Positions 32,225 to 41,830 of a stretch of DNA of 64,000 nt are shown here, piece after piece. The notes below the pieces were generated by a model that did not search any database, had not been told where the DNA came from, and saw only the letters and a program-made list of their open reading frames with translations. A program made the position numbers and the translations under genes. Numbering within the stretch: position 1 is the first letter of the stretch; the number at the start of each line of letters is the position of its first letter. Source of the stretch: Patescibacteria group bacterium. Its GTDB lineage: Bacteria > Patescibacteriota > Minisyncoccia > Phycocordibacterales > EsbW-18. Where the stretch lies: positions 4,875 to 68,874 of the forward strand of contig JBBTUJ010000005.1 in the NCBI GenBank assembly GCA_038063815.1. The letters are read 5' to 3'.

Positions 32225-34003
32225 CTACTCCTCCTCCTTCAAGAACCCTCCCGCCTGAATAGACCACAGCTTTTTGTAGAGCTCGTCTTTGGCGAGAAGT
32301 TCGTTGTGCGTTCCCATCGCGCGAATGTTGCCGTCTTCGATGACAATGATACGGTCCATCTTGATGATTGTTGAGAGTCGGTGCGCAATGACAATGACTG
32401 TCTTTCCTTCCATGAGTGTGCGAAGCGCGTCTTGAATAAGATGCTCCGATTCGGAGTCCAAACTCGATGTGGCTTCGTCGAGCACGAGGATCGGCGCGTC
32501 CTTGAGGATCGCGCGAGCGATGGCGACACGTTGGCGCTCACCGCCCGAGAGCTTGATGCCACGCTCGCCGACCATGGTGTCGTAGCCATCGGGAAGCGCT
32601 GCAATGAATTCGTGACAGCGTGCTTTCTTCGCCGCCTCGATTACCTCCTCGTCGGTCGCATCAAGTCGTCCGTAGCGGATGTTGTCTTTGAGCGAGCGAT
32701 GGAAGAGGATCGGCTCTTGCGGCACCAACGCGATCGCGTTACGCAGACTATCCTGCGTGACTTTCGAAATATCCTGCCCATCAATGAAGATCGTGCCCTC
32801 GGTCACGTCATGGAACCGGAAGAGAAGCTTCGTGACGGTCGTCTTCCCTGCTCCTGAAGGACCAATGAACGCGACCTTCTCACCCGGGTTGATAGAAAGC
32901 GAGAAACCATCGAGCACTTTGCGCGTTTCGTTAAAATTGAATGAGACGTCAGTAAACTCGATCTTACCTTTCGTCACCCTGAGCATTCCTGCCCCCGGAA
33001 CATCCTGCACACCGAAGGGCTTGTCGAGTATCTCGACCATCTCTTTTGCATCGGCGAATGCCTGATACAGAGCTTTAAGTACCCATCCAAAACCCCAAAG
33101 GGAGTTCGCGAGCGTGAGAATGTACGCTTGAAACAAGACGAAATCACCGAGAGTGAGAAGGCCTTTTTGATACAGCTGATATGAACCGAACATTACCACG
33201 ACCTCAATCACGAGCGTCAGAAATCCTTGTACGGCCCGCATAGCCTCGTTGATATTCCAGGTGAACAGACGGATTCTGCGGAGAGATTCGATGGCTTGGC
33301 CAAAGAGACTCTTCTCGTGGTGGACTGCCGAAAACAACTTGATTGTCGTGTTGTTGGTAAACGCATCAGAAGCGGTTGCTCCGACTTTTGTATCAGCTGC
33401 TGCACGCTCTTCCTCATATTTCTGTTTCCATTGGATCACCAGATAATTAAGATAAATCAAAATCCCGCACCAGATGAGCAACGCAAAGCCGATCTCTTTT
33501 GAGCGCGAGAAAATGACCACAAGCATGGTAGTCGTCGTCACAAGAAGCGGTATGAGTGAATATGCGAATTGATCAAATATCGTTTCGTACGCCGCAGCGA
33601 ACCTGCTGACCTTGCGGGTCAGTGATCCGACAAATGAGTTCGTGAAGAATTCGTATGAATGTTGGAGGATGTTCGCAAAAGCAGCATTGGACAGATCGGC
33701 CTCAACCCGTGCCTGGATCCAGTTGGAGATGAGGGTGATCGGACGCCATAAAGCCCACCCCACACCTTTAAGAACGAGTCCCAAAACAAGCGCGGTGAAA
33801 GCGGTGCGAGCAACAACTTCCCCAGCCAATGCGTCAAAAAAGTCCTTGTAGTAGAGCGGCGCGAGCGCGCTCACGACGCTTGTACCGATAAGACAGACAA
33901 AAATGACGAAAAGGCGCCACGGGTACTTTTTGGACTCATCGAAAAAGACCTTGAAGATGCGGCTCGTTTTTACCGTTGATTTCTTTCTTTCAGTTGCATT
34001 CAT
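32225..34003 (-). CDS. ABC exporter, fused permease/ATPase
   Basis: TM domain plus GPSGAGKT, LSGGERQR, LDEATSSLD. Confidence 0.95.
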   Translation of the reverse strand: MNATERKKSTVKTSRIFKVFFDESKKYPWRLFVIFVCLIGTSVVSALAPLYYKDFFDALAGEVVARTAFTALVLGLVLKGVGWALWRPITLISNWIQARVEADLSNAAFANILQHSYEFFTNSFVGSLTRKVSRFAAAYETIFDQFAYSLIPLLVTTTTMLVVIFSRSKEIGFALLIWCGILIYLNYLVIQWKQKYEEERAAADTKVGATASDAFTNNTTIKLFSAVHHEKSLFGQAIESLRRIRLFTWNINEAMRAVQGFLTLVIEVVVMFGSYQLYQKGLLTLGDFVLFQAYILTLANSLWGFGWVLKALYQAFADAKEMVEILDKPFGVQDVPGAGMLRVTKGKIEFTDVSFNFNETRKVLDGFSLSINPGEKVAFIGPSGAGKTTVTKLLFRFHDVTEGTIFIDGQDISKVTQDSLRNAIALVPQEPILFHRSLKDNIRYGRLDATDEEVIEAAKKARCHEFIAALPDGYDTMVGERGIKLSGGERQRVAIARAILKDAPILVLDEATSSLDSESEHLIQDALRTLMEGKTVIVIAHRLSTIIKMDRIIVIEDGNIRAMGTHNELLAKDELYKKLWSIQAGGFLKEEE

Positions 34004-34057
34004 CCCGCAAGAATATCACAATGGCTTAACCCGTGACATTCCGTCCCTTTTACATAC

Positions 34058-34148
34058 TTGACAAACGTCAACAGGATTTGCTATCATCTACTCATCACCA
34101 CGAAAAAGCTCCTGCGAGGTTCCGTCCTCACGGGGCCTTTTTCTTTAT
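34058..34148 (+). ncRNA. Candidate ~50-nt antisense RNA unit (promoter plus hairpin/T run) overlapping the NYN gene 3' end
   Basis: TTGACA(34058)-N18-TATCAT(34082) with extended TG; imperfect hairpin ~34104-34141 followed by T run. Confidence 0.4.
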
Positions 34149-34646
34149 ATGGGTGTATTCGATTTTGTTTTTTGCTTCTTCAAGAAAAACAAGGTATTTC
34201 TCATTCTCGTCATTTATTTTTTTCAAAAGGGCTGAATACTTCCTTTGGTCGGGCACAAGAACCGCTTCAAGTTTTTTATTTCCTTTCAGATATTCTGCTA
34301 AACAATAGAAATCACCGTCGCCTGAAACAATCACGGCTTTTTCATAATTCGGATACTCAATCATTGCATGGAGAACAAGCTCGGCGTCACAATTACCCTT
34401 GGTTGAACCATCTCTATAGACAAGGGTTGGCTTGAAAATCACAATATACCCATTTTCTTGAAGTTCTTTGTACATCTGCTGCTTTCCTTCAACGTATCCC
34501 ACAAAGAGATACGCTTTTGTCACTTTATACTTTTCTCTTAAGTATTTTCTAAATTTTGCAAAATCGAGCTTCCATCCCTGATTTTTAATGCCTAGATACA
34601 CGTTTTGGCTGTCTATAAAAGCACAGTTGAATGACTTATTATCCAT
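34128..34646 (-). CDS. NYN domain (LabA/DUF88, PIN-like) protein
   Basis: FIDSQN, KGNCDAEL, VSGDGDF. Confidence 0.9.
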   Translation of the reverse strand: MDNKSFNCAFIDSQNVYLGIKNQGWKLDFAKFRKYLREKYKVTKAYLFVGYVEGKQQMYKELQENGYIVIFKPTLVYRDGSTKGNCDAELVLHAMIEYPNYEKAVIVSGDGDFYCLAEYLKGNKKLEAVLVPDQRKYSALLKKINDENEKYLVFLEEAKNKIEYTHIKKKAP

Positions 34647-34749
34647 ACTTGTAATTGTATCAAACCGCTATTCTTTATCTGTATCCACTTTATTTTTTTA
34701 TTAGGAGCGATGTACAAATGGGGCTAAAGCGTGTAAAAGATATATACGG

Positions 34750-34821
34750 CGGCCCGTAGCTCAATGGTAGAGCGGTCGACTTATATTCGATTGGTTGCAG
34801 GTTCGAGTCCTGCCGGGCCGA
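34750..34821 (+). tRNA. tRNA-Ile(UAU); CCA not encoded
   Basis: CGGCCCG acceptor, GTCGA-CTTATAT-TCGAT anticodon arm, GCAGG-TTCGAGT-CCTGC T-arm. Confidence 0.92.
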
Positions 34822-34822
34822 C

Positions 34823-35983
34823 ATGAAAAACAAATATATCCCATATACATTGCTCGGCGTCGGTATCCTTATACTCGCCATTGTTTTTGTATGGGGCAGA
34901 ACAGACGATTCAACGTATCTCAAAGCGGCGCGCGCCGGGGGTGACTACCTCGTGCGGCAGATGCATGAAGACGGCTCATTCGTATATGAGTATGACCCTA
35001 TCTCGAACAAGGAAGATGATTCATATAACCTCCTCCGACACGCCGGCACGACATATTCTCTTCTTGAACTCTATGAAGTAACACGGGACACAAAATATCT
35101 CACTGCAGCCGAAAGGGCGCTCACGTATCTTCGCGAATCAGCTATTCCCTGCCCTGTGTATAAAGATGCGCTCTGTATCCTTGAAGAAAACGAGATAAAA
35201 CTCGGCGGAAACGGACTCGCAATCCTTGCGCTTGCAAAATATATGGAAGTCACCTCTTCACGAGATGATTTGGAACTCGCGGAAGGTCTTGCGCGATTTG
35301 CTCAAGCGATCCAAGCAAAAAACGGAAAGTTTCTTTTCTACAAAATGGACAAGGACGGTGTACCCGATTCAGAATTTGTCTCCGAGTACTACCCCGGAGA
35401 AGCGATGTTTGGACTTGCGCGTCTCTCAGGGCTCTCCGACAACAAAGAGTGGCTCAATGTCGCACACAAAGGAGCGGAGTGGATTATCTTGGTACGTGAT
35501 GCAAAAGTTCCAACAGACGACCTGCCCCATGATCACTGGCTGCTCTATGCCTTAAACGAACTCTACGCGGACACGCCAAACCAAATCTATGCTGATCACA
35601 CAAAACGGCTCGTGGAAGCAATTGTCTCCTTACAACACCGCGACAAAGTAGGCGAAGAGGCCGTATGGAACGGCGGCTATTACAACCCTCCCCGCTCAAC
35701 CCCAACCGCAACGCGAAGCGAAGGATTAGGGGCCGCGTATTATCTTTTAAACCGCGCAGGTGACCCTATCTACGCAGGAGTCGCAAAAAACGCAATGGAG
35801 AAGGGAGTCGAGTTTCAACTCCGTACCCAGATGACATCCCAAAAAATTCATGCGTTAAACGCAAGCGGACGCGCTCTCGGTGGATTCCACGAAACGCTTG
35901 ATGACTACACAATCCGTATCGACTACGTCCAGCACAATATCTCTGCGCTCCTCGCGCTTGAAGAGATCGTGAATATTGAATAG
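34823..35983 (+). CDS. Membrane-anchored alpha/alpha-barrel-like hypothetical protein
   Basis: N-terminal TM; YNLLRHAG, KLGGNGLA, YYPGEA, HDHW, RIDYVQH motifs. Confidence 0.7.
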   Translation: MKNKYIPYTLLGVGILILAIVFVWGRTDDSTYLKAARAGGDYLVRQMHEDGSFVYEYDPISNKEDDSYNLLRHAGTTYSLLELYEVTRDTKYLTAAERALTYLRESAIPCPVYKDALCILEENEIKLGGNGLAILALAKYMEVTSSRDDLELAEGLARFAQAIQAKNGKFLFYKMDKDGVPDSEFVSEYYPGEAMFGLARLSGLSDNKEWLNVAHKGAEWIILVRDAKVPTDDLPHDHWLLYALNELYADTPNQIYADHTKRLVEAIVSLQHRDKVGEEAVWNGGYYNPPRSTPTATRSEGLGAAYYLLNRAGDPIYAGVAKNAMEKGVEFQLRTQMTSQKIHALNASGRALGGFHETLDDYTIRIDYVQHNISALLALEEIVNIE

Positions 35984-35986
35984 TCC

Positions 35987-37246
35987 TTATTCGACAAATG
36001 TAATTGCGGCTCCTCCCTTTCCTGCGCGGCCGGTGCGGCCGATGCGGTGCACATAATCATCGTGTGTCTGCGGAATGGTGTAATTGATGACGTGTGAGAT
36101 GTCTTTGATATCAAGACCACGCGCAGCAACATCCGTCGCAACGAGAATCTTCACCTTTCCGTCGCGGAAAAGCGTCAAAGAGTGTGTGCGTTCACGCTGA
36201 CGTTTGTCACCGTGAATCGATTCGGCGGTAAACCCTTTGCGTACCAATTCTTTTGCAAGCCGTTCAACATCACGCTTCGTTTCGCTGAAGATGAGAACTT
36301 TTTCGAGTTCCTTGCGCCCTAAAAGCCGTTCGAGCTCTTCAAATTTCTTTGTGTGGTCAGAGACACGAACGATGTCCTGTTTAATATTTACTGTTCGGTG
36401 TGGCGCCGCGATCTCAACAGCGATCGGGTCAGTAAGAAAGCTCTTTGTAAGTTCGCGAATCTTCGGTGGCATCGTTGCGGAGAAAAAGAGCGTCTGACGC
36501 TTCGGCGGAACGGCAGCCATGATTCTTTTGATGTCATCAACGAATCCCATGTCGAGCATCTGATCCACTTCGTCAAGCACGACGTATGAGAATGCGGAGA
36601 GCGGAAGTGAACCGCGCTCGGTCAAGTCCTTGATACGTCCGACAGTTCCGATAACAAATGCCGGTGCGCGGCGAAGGTCAGCGAGCTGTCGTCCAATCGG
36701 CATACCACCAACACATACCGCGGCATACATGTGACGTCCCGCGGAGAATTTCTTGAATTCGCTTTCGATTTGCATCGCAAGTTCGCGAGTCGGAGCAAGA
36801 ATAAGAGCATGTTCACGCGGTTCTTTGGTGATCTTTTCAATAAGTGGAATCAGAAACGCTGCGGTTTTTCCTGTTCCCGTGTTCGCTTTACCAATAAGAT
36901 CACGGCCGTCAAGAATATACGGAATCGCTTCAAACTGTATTGGCATCGCATTCTCGTATCCTTCTTTTGCGAGAAGATCGAGCATGGGACGCGAAAGGTC
37001 GAGTTGTGAGAATGGCCGTGCTGTCTCTTTTGTTTCTGTGTGGATTGTCTCAAGGGGCGTGTGGATAAAGCGGGAGATATCGATGTGTTCTCCTCGTTGT
37101 CGGCGTGCGCCCCCTCGGGGTGCGCCAAAGCGGCGTCCTCCGTGGGAAGGGTGTGCTGTGTGTCTCTGGGGCCGTCCACCACGGAAGGTGGAAGCGCCTC
37201 GAGAGCGAGAACCGGCTCTGGGGCCGGTATGAGTGCGTGTGTACAT
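35987..37246 (-). CDS. DEAD/DEAH-box RNA helicase
   Basis: TGTGKT, PTRELA, DEVD, SAT, HRIGRTGR. Confidence 0.95.
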   Translation of the reverse strand: MYTRTHTGPRAGSRSRGASTFRGGRPQRHTAHPSHGGRRFGAPRGGARRQRGEHIDISRFIHTPLETIHTETKETARPFSQLDLSRPMLDLLAKEGYENAMPIQFEAIPYILDGRDLIGKANTGTGKTAAFLIPLIEKITKEPREHALILAPTRELAMQIESEFKKFSAGRHMYAAVCVGGMPIGRQLADLRRAPAFVIGTVGRIKDLTERGSLPLSAFSYVVLDEVDQMLDMGFVDDIKRIMAAVPPKRQTLFFSATMPPKIRELTKSFLTDPIAVEIAAPHRTVNIKQDIVRVSDHTKKFEELERLLGRKELEKVLIFSETKRDVERLAKELVRKGFTAESIHGDKRQRERTHSLTLFRDGKVKILVATDVAARGLDIKDISHVINYTIPQTHDDYVHRIGRTGRAGKGGAAITFVE

Positions 37247-37398
37247 AAATCTCTGTCCGGTCAAAAGGACCGGTACCGATACGTAATAATCTCAATTGCT
37301 GTATAGAACATTGAGAGATCCGTATCTATCAGAAATCTATAGAACAATTAGTATTTGAATACTAACATACTCCTGCCCAAAAAGCAAGTTTTAGAAAA

Positions 37399-37635
37399 CT
37401 ATACGGTTTCTTCGCCCCACTTTAAACGCGGGCTCTTTTGAGTAGTCGCAGAGGGGCGTGCGTTTGGTTTTGCTGGTTCAAATCCTGGCGGTACCGCCTT
37501 ATGCTCAACGCGCTCATTTGTTCCAAACCCTCTTTGCTCAAGTCGTCTGACTTCTTCCATTGCGAGCCGCTTAATTTCTTCTCCTTTTTCGTCACGAGGA
37601 AGTTGTCCGCCAAACACTTCTGAAAAGAATCCCAT
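37399..37635 (-). CDS. Hypothetical protein
   Basis: 78-aa ORF filling the gap after ftsH. Confidence 0.55.
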   Translation of the reverse strand: MGFFSEVFGGQLPRDEKGEEIKRLAMEEVRRLEQRGFGTNERVEHKAVPPGFEPAKPNARPSATTQKSPRLKWGEETV

Positions 37636-37661
37636 GGTTTTTGTTGTATATGATTAAAACA

Positions 37662-39578
37662 CTACACTTTTTTCGCATCTCTTTTCACAATAATACCATG
37701 CGCGCGGAGGATGGCGGCAAATTCTGTTTCTTCTATCGTTTCTTTTTCAAGAAGGACTGTGACGATAACATCAAGAACGGGACGGTGTTTCTTCAAAACC
37801 TCCTCGGCTCGTTCTCGCGCTTTTGAAACAAGCTCTGACACCTCATCGTCTATGAGTGCGGCACTTTTTTCTGAATATTCTTTTCCTTCTCCAAGAAATA
37901 CACCGTGCGGCAAGTGATCATTATCCCCTGTCAGCGCCCACGGTCCGACTTTCTCCGACATTCCGTAGCGCGCGACCATGTCGCGCGCAAGAGCCGCGGC
38001 GACTTGGAGATCATTTGATGGTCCTGTCGTGATGTCTTTGAATATAAGCATCTCCGCCGCGTATCCACCGAGCGTCATCGCAAGGCGATCAAGAAATGCT
38101 TTTCGTGAAAAGAGACGGCGCTCCTCAAGAGGAAGTGCGAGTGTGTACCCGCCAGCATGCCCGCGAGCGATTATGGAAACCTTGTGCACCGGATCGGCGT
38201 GTGTCAGAACAGACGCAACAAGTGCATGCCCCGCTTCGTGATATGCGGTTATCTTCTTTTCTTCATCAGTCAAAATGTGACTCTTCCGCTCCGGTCCGAG
38301 AAGTACTTTTTCAATCGAGCGGACGAGATCGAATTGTGAGACCTGCGTGCGATTTTCTCGTGCCGCAAGGATTGCTGCCTCGTTCATGAGCGACTGGAGA
38401 TCAGCACCCGAGAACCCCGGTGTGCGTTCTGCAATCGTCTTCAAAACAACATCTTCTGCCAAGGGCTTTCCTCGTCCGTGGATTTTCAAAATTTCTTCAC
38501 GACCTGCACGGTCAGGAAGGTCTATGCGAACACGTCTGTCGAATCGTCCCGGACGAAGGAGTGCGGGGTCAAGAACGTCGGGGCGGTTCGTCGCTGCCAT
38601 GACAATCACAGCTTCGTTCTGCTCGAACCCATCCATTTCAACCAATATCTGATTAAGTGTCTGCTCGCGCTCATCGTTTCCACCACCAACACCTGTACCG
38701 CGCACGCGCCCAACAGCGTCAATTTCGTCAATGAAGATAATCGCAGGCGCGGCGCGCTTCACGGTCTGAAACAAATCGCGCACGCGTGACGCTCCGACGC
38801 CGACAAACATCTCGACAAATTCAGAACCGGAGATTGAGAAGAACGGCACGCCTGCTTCTCCCGCAACGGCACGCGCAAGCAATGTCTTCCCCGTTCCTGG
38901 CGCACCCATGAGAAGAACGCCTTTCGGAATCTGTGCGCCCATCTGGATAAATTTTTTCGGATTTTTGAGGAAATCAACAATTTCGAGGAGTTCCTCTTTC
39001 GCTTCCTTCACTCCCGCAACGTCAGCAAATGTCACCTTTTTCTTATCTTTGGGATCAAAGAATCGCGCCTTTGACTGTCCAAACGAGAATGCCTGCATAC
39101 CCGCGCCTTTCACCTGTCGTGTGAGAAGCCAGACGAAAACACCGATGAAGAGAAGTGGAAGAAGCAGTGGTGCCAAGTTCAAAACCCAGAACCAAAACCC
39201 GGATGCGCCCTGAACCGTGATTGCAACACCAGAAAGTGCTTCTGGAGAAACGCCGTATGATGAAAATGTTTCGACAAGAGAAACGCCTGTTTCTTTGTGA
39301 GATGTCTGCGTTGTTCCGTCCTTCTTTGTGATGGTAAGCGTATCGCCTTCAACAACAATCGCGGAGATGGTTCCTGTTGCAACCTCTGCTGCAAGGTCAG
39401 AGATCGCAATCATGTTCTCTGTATCCTCACGATTCGCAAAAAAACTGTAGACAGACGAGAGGAGGAGAAAAATGAGTATCGCAAAAAGCCCGTTCGTAAA
39501 AAGAGACCGTCTTTGTGGCGGTTGTTCTTTTTTCTTCCCGCGTGGAACGGGTGGTTTTTTACCCTGTGCGGATGGCAT
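37662..39578 (-). CDS. ftsH: ATP-dependent zinc metalloprotease FtsH
   Basis: Two TM segments, [20 protein letters not shown]. Confidence 0.97.
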   Translation of the reverse strand: MPSAQGKKPPVPRGKKKEQPPQRRSLFTNGLFAILIFLLLSSVYSFFANREDTENMIAISDLAAEVATGTISAIVVEGDTLTITKKDGTTQTSHKETGVSLVETFSSYGVSPEALSGVAITVQGASGFWFWVLNLAPLLLPLLFIGVFVWLLTRQVKGAGMQAFSFGQSKARFFDPKDKKKVTFADVAGVKEAKEELLEIVDFLKNPKKFIQMGAQIPKGVLLMGAPGTGKTLLARAVAGEAGVPFFSISGSEFVEMFVGVGASRVRDLFQTVKRAAPAIIFIDEIDAVGRVRGTGVGGGNDEREQTLNQILVEMDGFEQNEAVIVMAATNRPDVLDPALLRPGRFDRRVRIDLPDRAGREEILKIHGRGKPLAEDVVLKTIAERTPGFSGADLQSLMNEAAILAARENRTQVSQFDLVRSIEKVLLGPERKSHILTDEEKKITAYHEAGHALVASVLTHADPVHKVSIIARGHAGGYTLALPLEERRLFSRKAFLDRLAMTLGGYAAEMLIFKDITTGPSNDLQVAAALARDMVARYGMSEKVGPWALTGDNDHLPHGVFLGEGKEYSEKSAALIDDEVSELVSKARERAEEVLKKHRPVLDVIVTVLLEKETIEETEFAAILRAHGIIVKRDAKKV

Positions 39579-39597
39579 ATAGTTCGCTTCGCGAAAA

Positions 39598-39684
39598 AAT
39601 CCAATATCCAGTTATCAAATTCCAAACATTGGGATTTCGATCGTTGGGTAGTGTTTGGATTTTGGAGTTTGGAACTTGGTTATT
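39598..39684. repeat. 7-nt-period hairpin repeat (AATCCAA/TTGGATT family)
   Basis: Tandem units in inverted arms; a second copy lies at 58718-58812. Confidence 0.8.
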
Positions 39685-39686
39685 TT

Positions 39687-40034
39687 TTACTTGCTGACTT
39701 CTTTGACGAGACGGTCAAAAACAGCCGGGTGTTCTTCTGCCAAGAGGGCAATCATTTTGCGGTTAAGCAGGATTCCCTTCTTTTTCATCATTCCCATGAA
39801 CTTGCTGTACGAGAGATCGTGCTTCTTGAGCCCCGCTGTCATGCGAACCGTCCAGAGGTGGCGGAAATCGTTCTTCTTATCCTTGCGGTGTGCAAATGCG
39901 TGCGAGCCCGCCTTTACGAGTGCCTCACGTGCCTCGCGCTCTTTTGAACCGCGCTTGTTGCGGAAACCTTTTGTCTGCCGGAGAACATTCCGGCGGCGCT
40001 TCATTGATGTTGTTCCTCGTTTTACTCTCGTCAT
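39687..40034 (-). CDS. rplT: 50S ribosomal protein L20
   Basis: MTRVKRG, DFRHLW, LNRKM. Confidence 0.97.
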   Translation of the reverse strand: MTRVKRGTTSMKRRRNVLRQTKGFRNKRGSKEREAREALVKAGSHAFAHRKDKKNDFRHLWTVRMTAGLKKHDLSYSKFMGMMKKKGILLNRKMIALLAEEHPAVFDRLVKEVSK

Positions 40035-40115
40035 AGGAGTTGGCGGTTAGAAATTAGGTGTTAGTGATTAGTATTGGTTTGGTCTCGTTGTCGGTTGTTG
40101 GTCGTAGGTTGTCGG

Positions 40116-40301
40116 TTACTTCCCTGGAAGGAAACGTGCTCGATTTTTCTTCGTCATCGTGTAAATCTGATTTCGTTTGCGTGCAAGTTGTGTTCCACGC
40201 GATTCTTTCGCGTTATAGTGGTTACCCCCCGGTTTTCGTGAGAGGATTTTACCGTTTTTCGTTACTCGCAATCGTTTTGTGTATGATTTATTCGTTTTCA
40301 T
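40116..40301 (-). CDS. rpmI: 50S ribosomal protein L35
   Basis: MKTNKSYTKRLRVTKNGK; between infC and rplT. Confidence 0.93.
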   Translation of the reverse strand: MKTNKSYTKRLRVTKNGKILSRKPGGNHYNAKESRGTQLARKRNQIYTMTKKNRARFLPGK

Positions 40302-40393
40302 AGGAATAGGAGTTGGGGATTGGCCGTGAGATGTTGGTGATTGGTTTTAGTTTTGCTTGGTTTTGTTGTTGGTCGTAGGTTGTTGGTCGTTGG

Positions 40394-40927
40394 TCATTTT
40401 CCCTTTTCTATAACAAGCGCCATTCCCTTCGCACTTTTTGTCGGTGGCTCAGCAACTTTGTAATCAACAGTGAGAAGTTTTAAAAATCTCTGCATGCGCT
40501 CTTCAAGAAACTTCTTGTCGAGATACTTTGCGCGTCCTTGAAGAAAAAGTTCGAATTTGACCCGATGTCCTTCGGAAAGCCACTCGGATGCTTGTTTCGC
40601 TTTGATACCCAAGCTGTGTTCGCTCGTACCGATACGCATCTGCAAACTCTTTGTCTCCGTTGAATGCGATTTTACTTTCTGCTCGCGTTGCTTCTTCTTT
40701 TCAGCGTAGAGATACTTCCCGTACTCCATTATCTTCGCGACGGGCGGACGGGCGGTGGGTGAGATCTCAATCAAATCGAGCCCCACATCCTTCGCGGCAG
40801 TGAGGGCCGCTTCCCGAGAGAGAACACCCAGATTCTCTCCTTCCGCACCAATAACCCGCAATTCGGGAGCGGTGATGCGTTCATTTATCCGAACGCGTAC
40901 GGTGGTTTCTTTGCTGTATTTACCCAA
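40394..40927 (-). CDS. infC: Translation initiation factor IF-3 (non-AUG start, position uncertain)
   Basis: INERI, LDLIEISP, PPVAKIMEYGK. Confidence 0.95.
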   Translation of the reverse strand: MGKYSKETTVRVRINERITAPELRVIGAEGENLGVLSREAALTAAKDVGLDLIEISPTARPPVAKIMEYGKYLYAEKKKQREQKVKSHSTETKSLQMRIGTSEHSLGIKAKQASEWLSEGHRVKFELFLQGRAKYLDKKFLEERMQRFLKLLTVDYKVAEPPTKSAKGMALVIEKGK

Positions 40928-41060
40928 AGTGACAAAAAATTAGCCGGGTACGAAAACGAGTGTAGCAAATAAAGGGTAAAAAGACAACACGGAAACTCTC
41001 AAAAGCAAAACCCGCCTTGGGGGCAGGTTTTGCTTAATACAGACTTGGGAAGTTCCTCAA

Positions 41061-41282
41061 TTAATATCTAATAGAAACTGTTCCAGATACTGAAGAAACC
41101 GTCGAAGAAACTGTATCTGTCAATTCAAAACTTCTCATTTCAGTATGCAAGTGAGGGTGACTATTGTGTTCTGCACAATCTTCACACAATTCAGAGGGTA
41201 CAAAATTTGCACCATAAACAACTGTAAGGAGACCTGTAGCGAATATCGCACTACATTTTCTACAAACTGATTCTGGGTTCAT
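41061..41282 (-). CDS. Small AT-rich hypothetical protein with two CxxC motifs
   Basis: CRKC..CEDC; lies directly after the tmRNA 3' end. Confidence 0.5.
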   Translation of the reverse strand: MNPESVCRKCSAIFATGLLTVVYGANFVPSELCEDCAEHNSHPHLHTEMRSFELTDTVSSTVSSVSGTVSIRY

Positions 41283-41328
41283 AATCTGCTAAAAGCTAGA
41301 CCTAATAAACTTGGCGGGGTTTTTGTTG

Positions 41329-41706
41329 TGGAGATGGGCGGAATCGAACCGCCGTGCAAAAAGGAAATGAAAGCGCATCTACGATACGTAGGACGTTTTG
41401 GTGTTTAAGCGAGTGAACTCAAAAGCGAGCAAAATATTCATACGCCGATCTTCGGTTGATGTAAGACATCCGTCGAAGCGTCCGGATATCCGAAGTCCCA
41501 TAAGGTTACACCCGAGCATGCGTATGAGACATGGGCATGCCGGATGCCGTTAGGCTACTTTGTACGCAAACTGAAAGTCTGCGGCAGTGTAGAACGGACT
41601 AACAACAGAAGTGTTGCCAGTTGTGTGTTCCGAGATTTTAAAGAAGGTCTCGGGCTTCTGTATCGCGCACAGCCACTTATTCTCTTTGTCGAGGCCAGTC
41701 ATCCCC
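41329..41706 (-). ncRNA. ssrA: tmRNA; predicted tag (A)GNTSVVSPFYTAADFQFAYKVA at 41550-41618
   Basis: GGGGATG/CATCTCC acceptor with G3:U70, CTCGAC, T-arm GGCGG-TTCGATT-CCGCC; adjacent to smpB. Confidence 0.93.
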
Positions 41707-41720
41707 CCTAAAACAGCAAC

Positions 41721-41800
41721 AGTTTATCAAGTCATAATGTTCATCAAGTTTGTAAAGTAAATTCAAATACTTTATAACTTTACGAACCTTATGAACTTTT
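41721..41800. repeat. AAGTT(T)AT/ATAAACTT short-period hairpin repeat
   Basis: Family copies also at 27482-27567, 42964-43038, 59641-59727, 61281-61381 and 63716-63806. Confidence 0.85.
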
Positions 41801-41830
41801 GTTTGCTACCTTAGGGCAAACGACTGGTCC

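Noticed and set aside
34100-34145. CCGUGAGGACGGAAC on the minus strand resembling a hammerhead ribozyme stem II
   Set aside because: The CUGAnGA core is absent and GAAA is not intact.
39598-40394. Repeat tracts as a CRISPR array
   Set aside because: Units are degenerate 7-9-mers with no unique spacers, and no cas genes are in the window.
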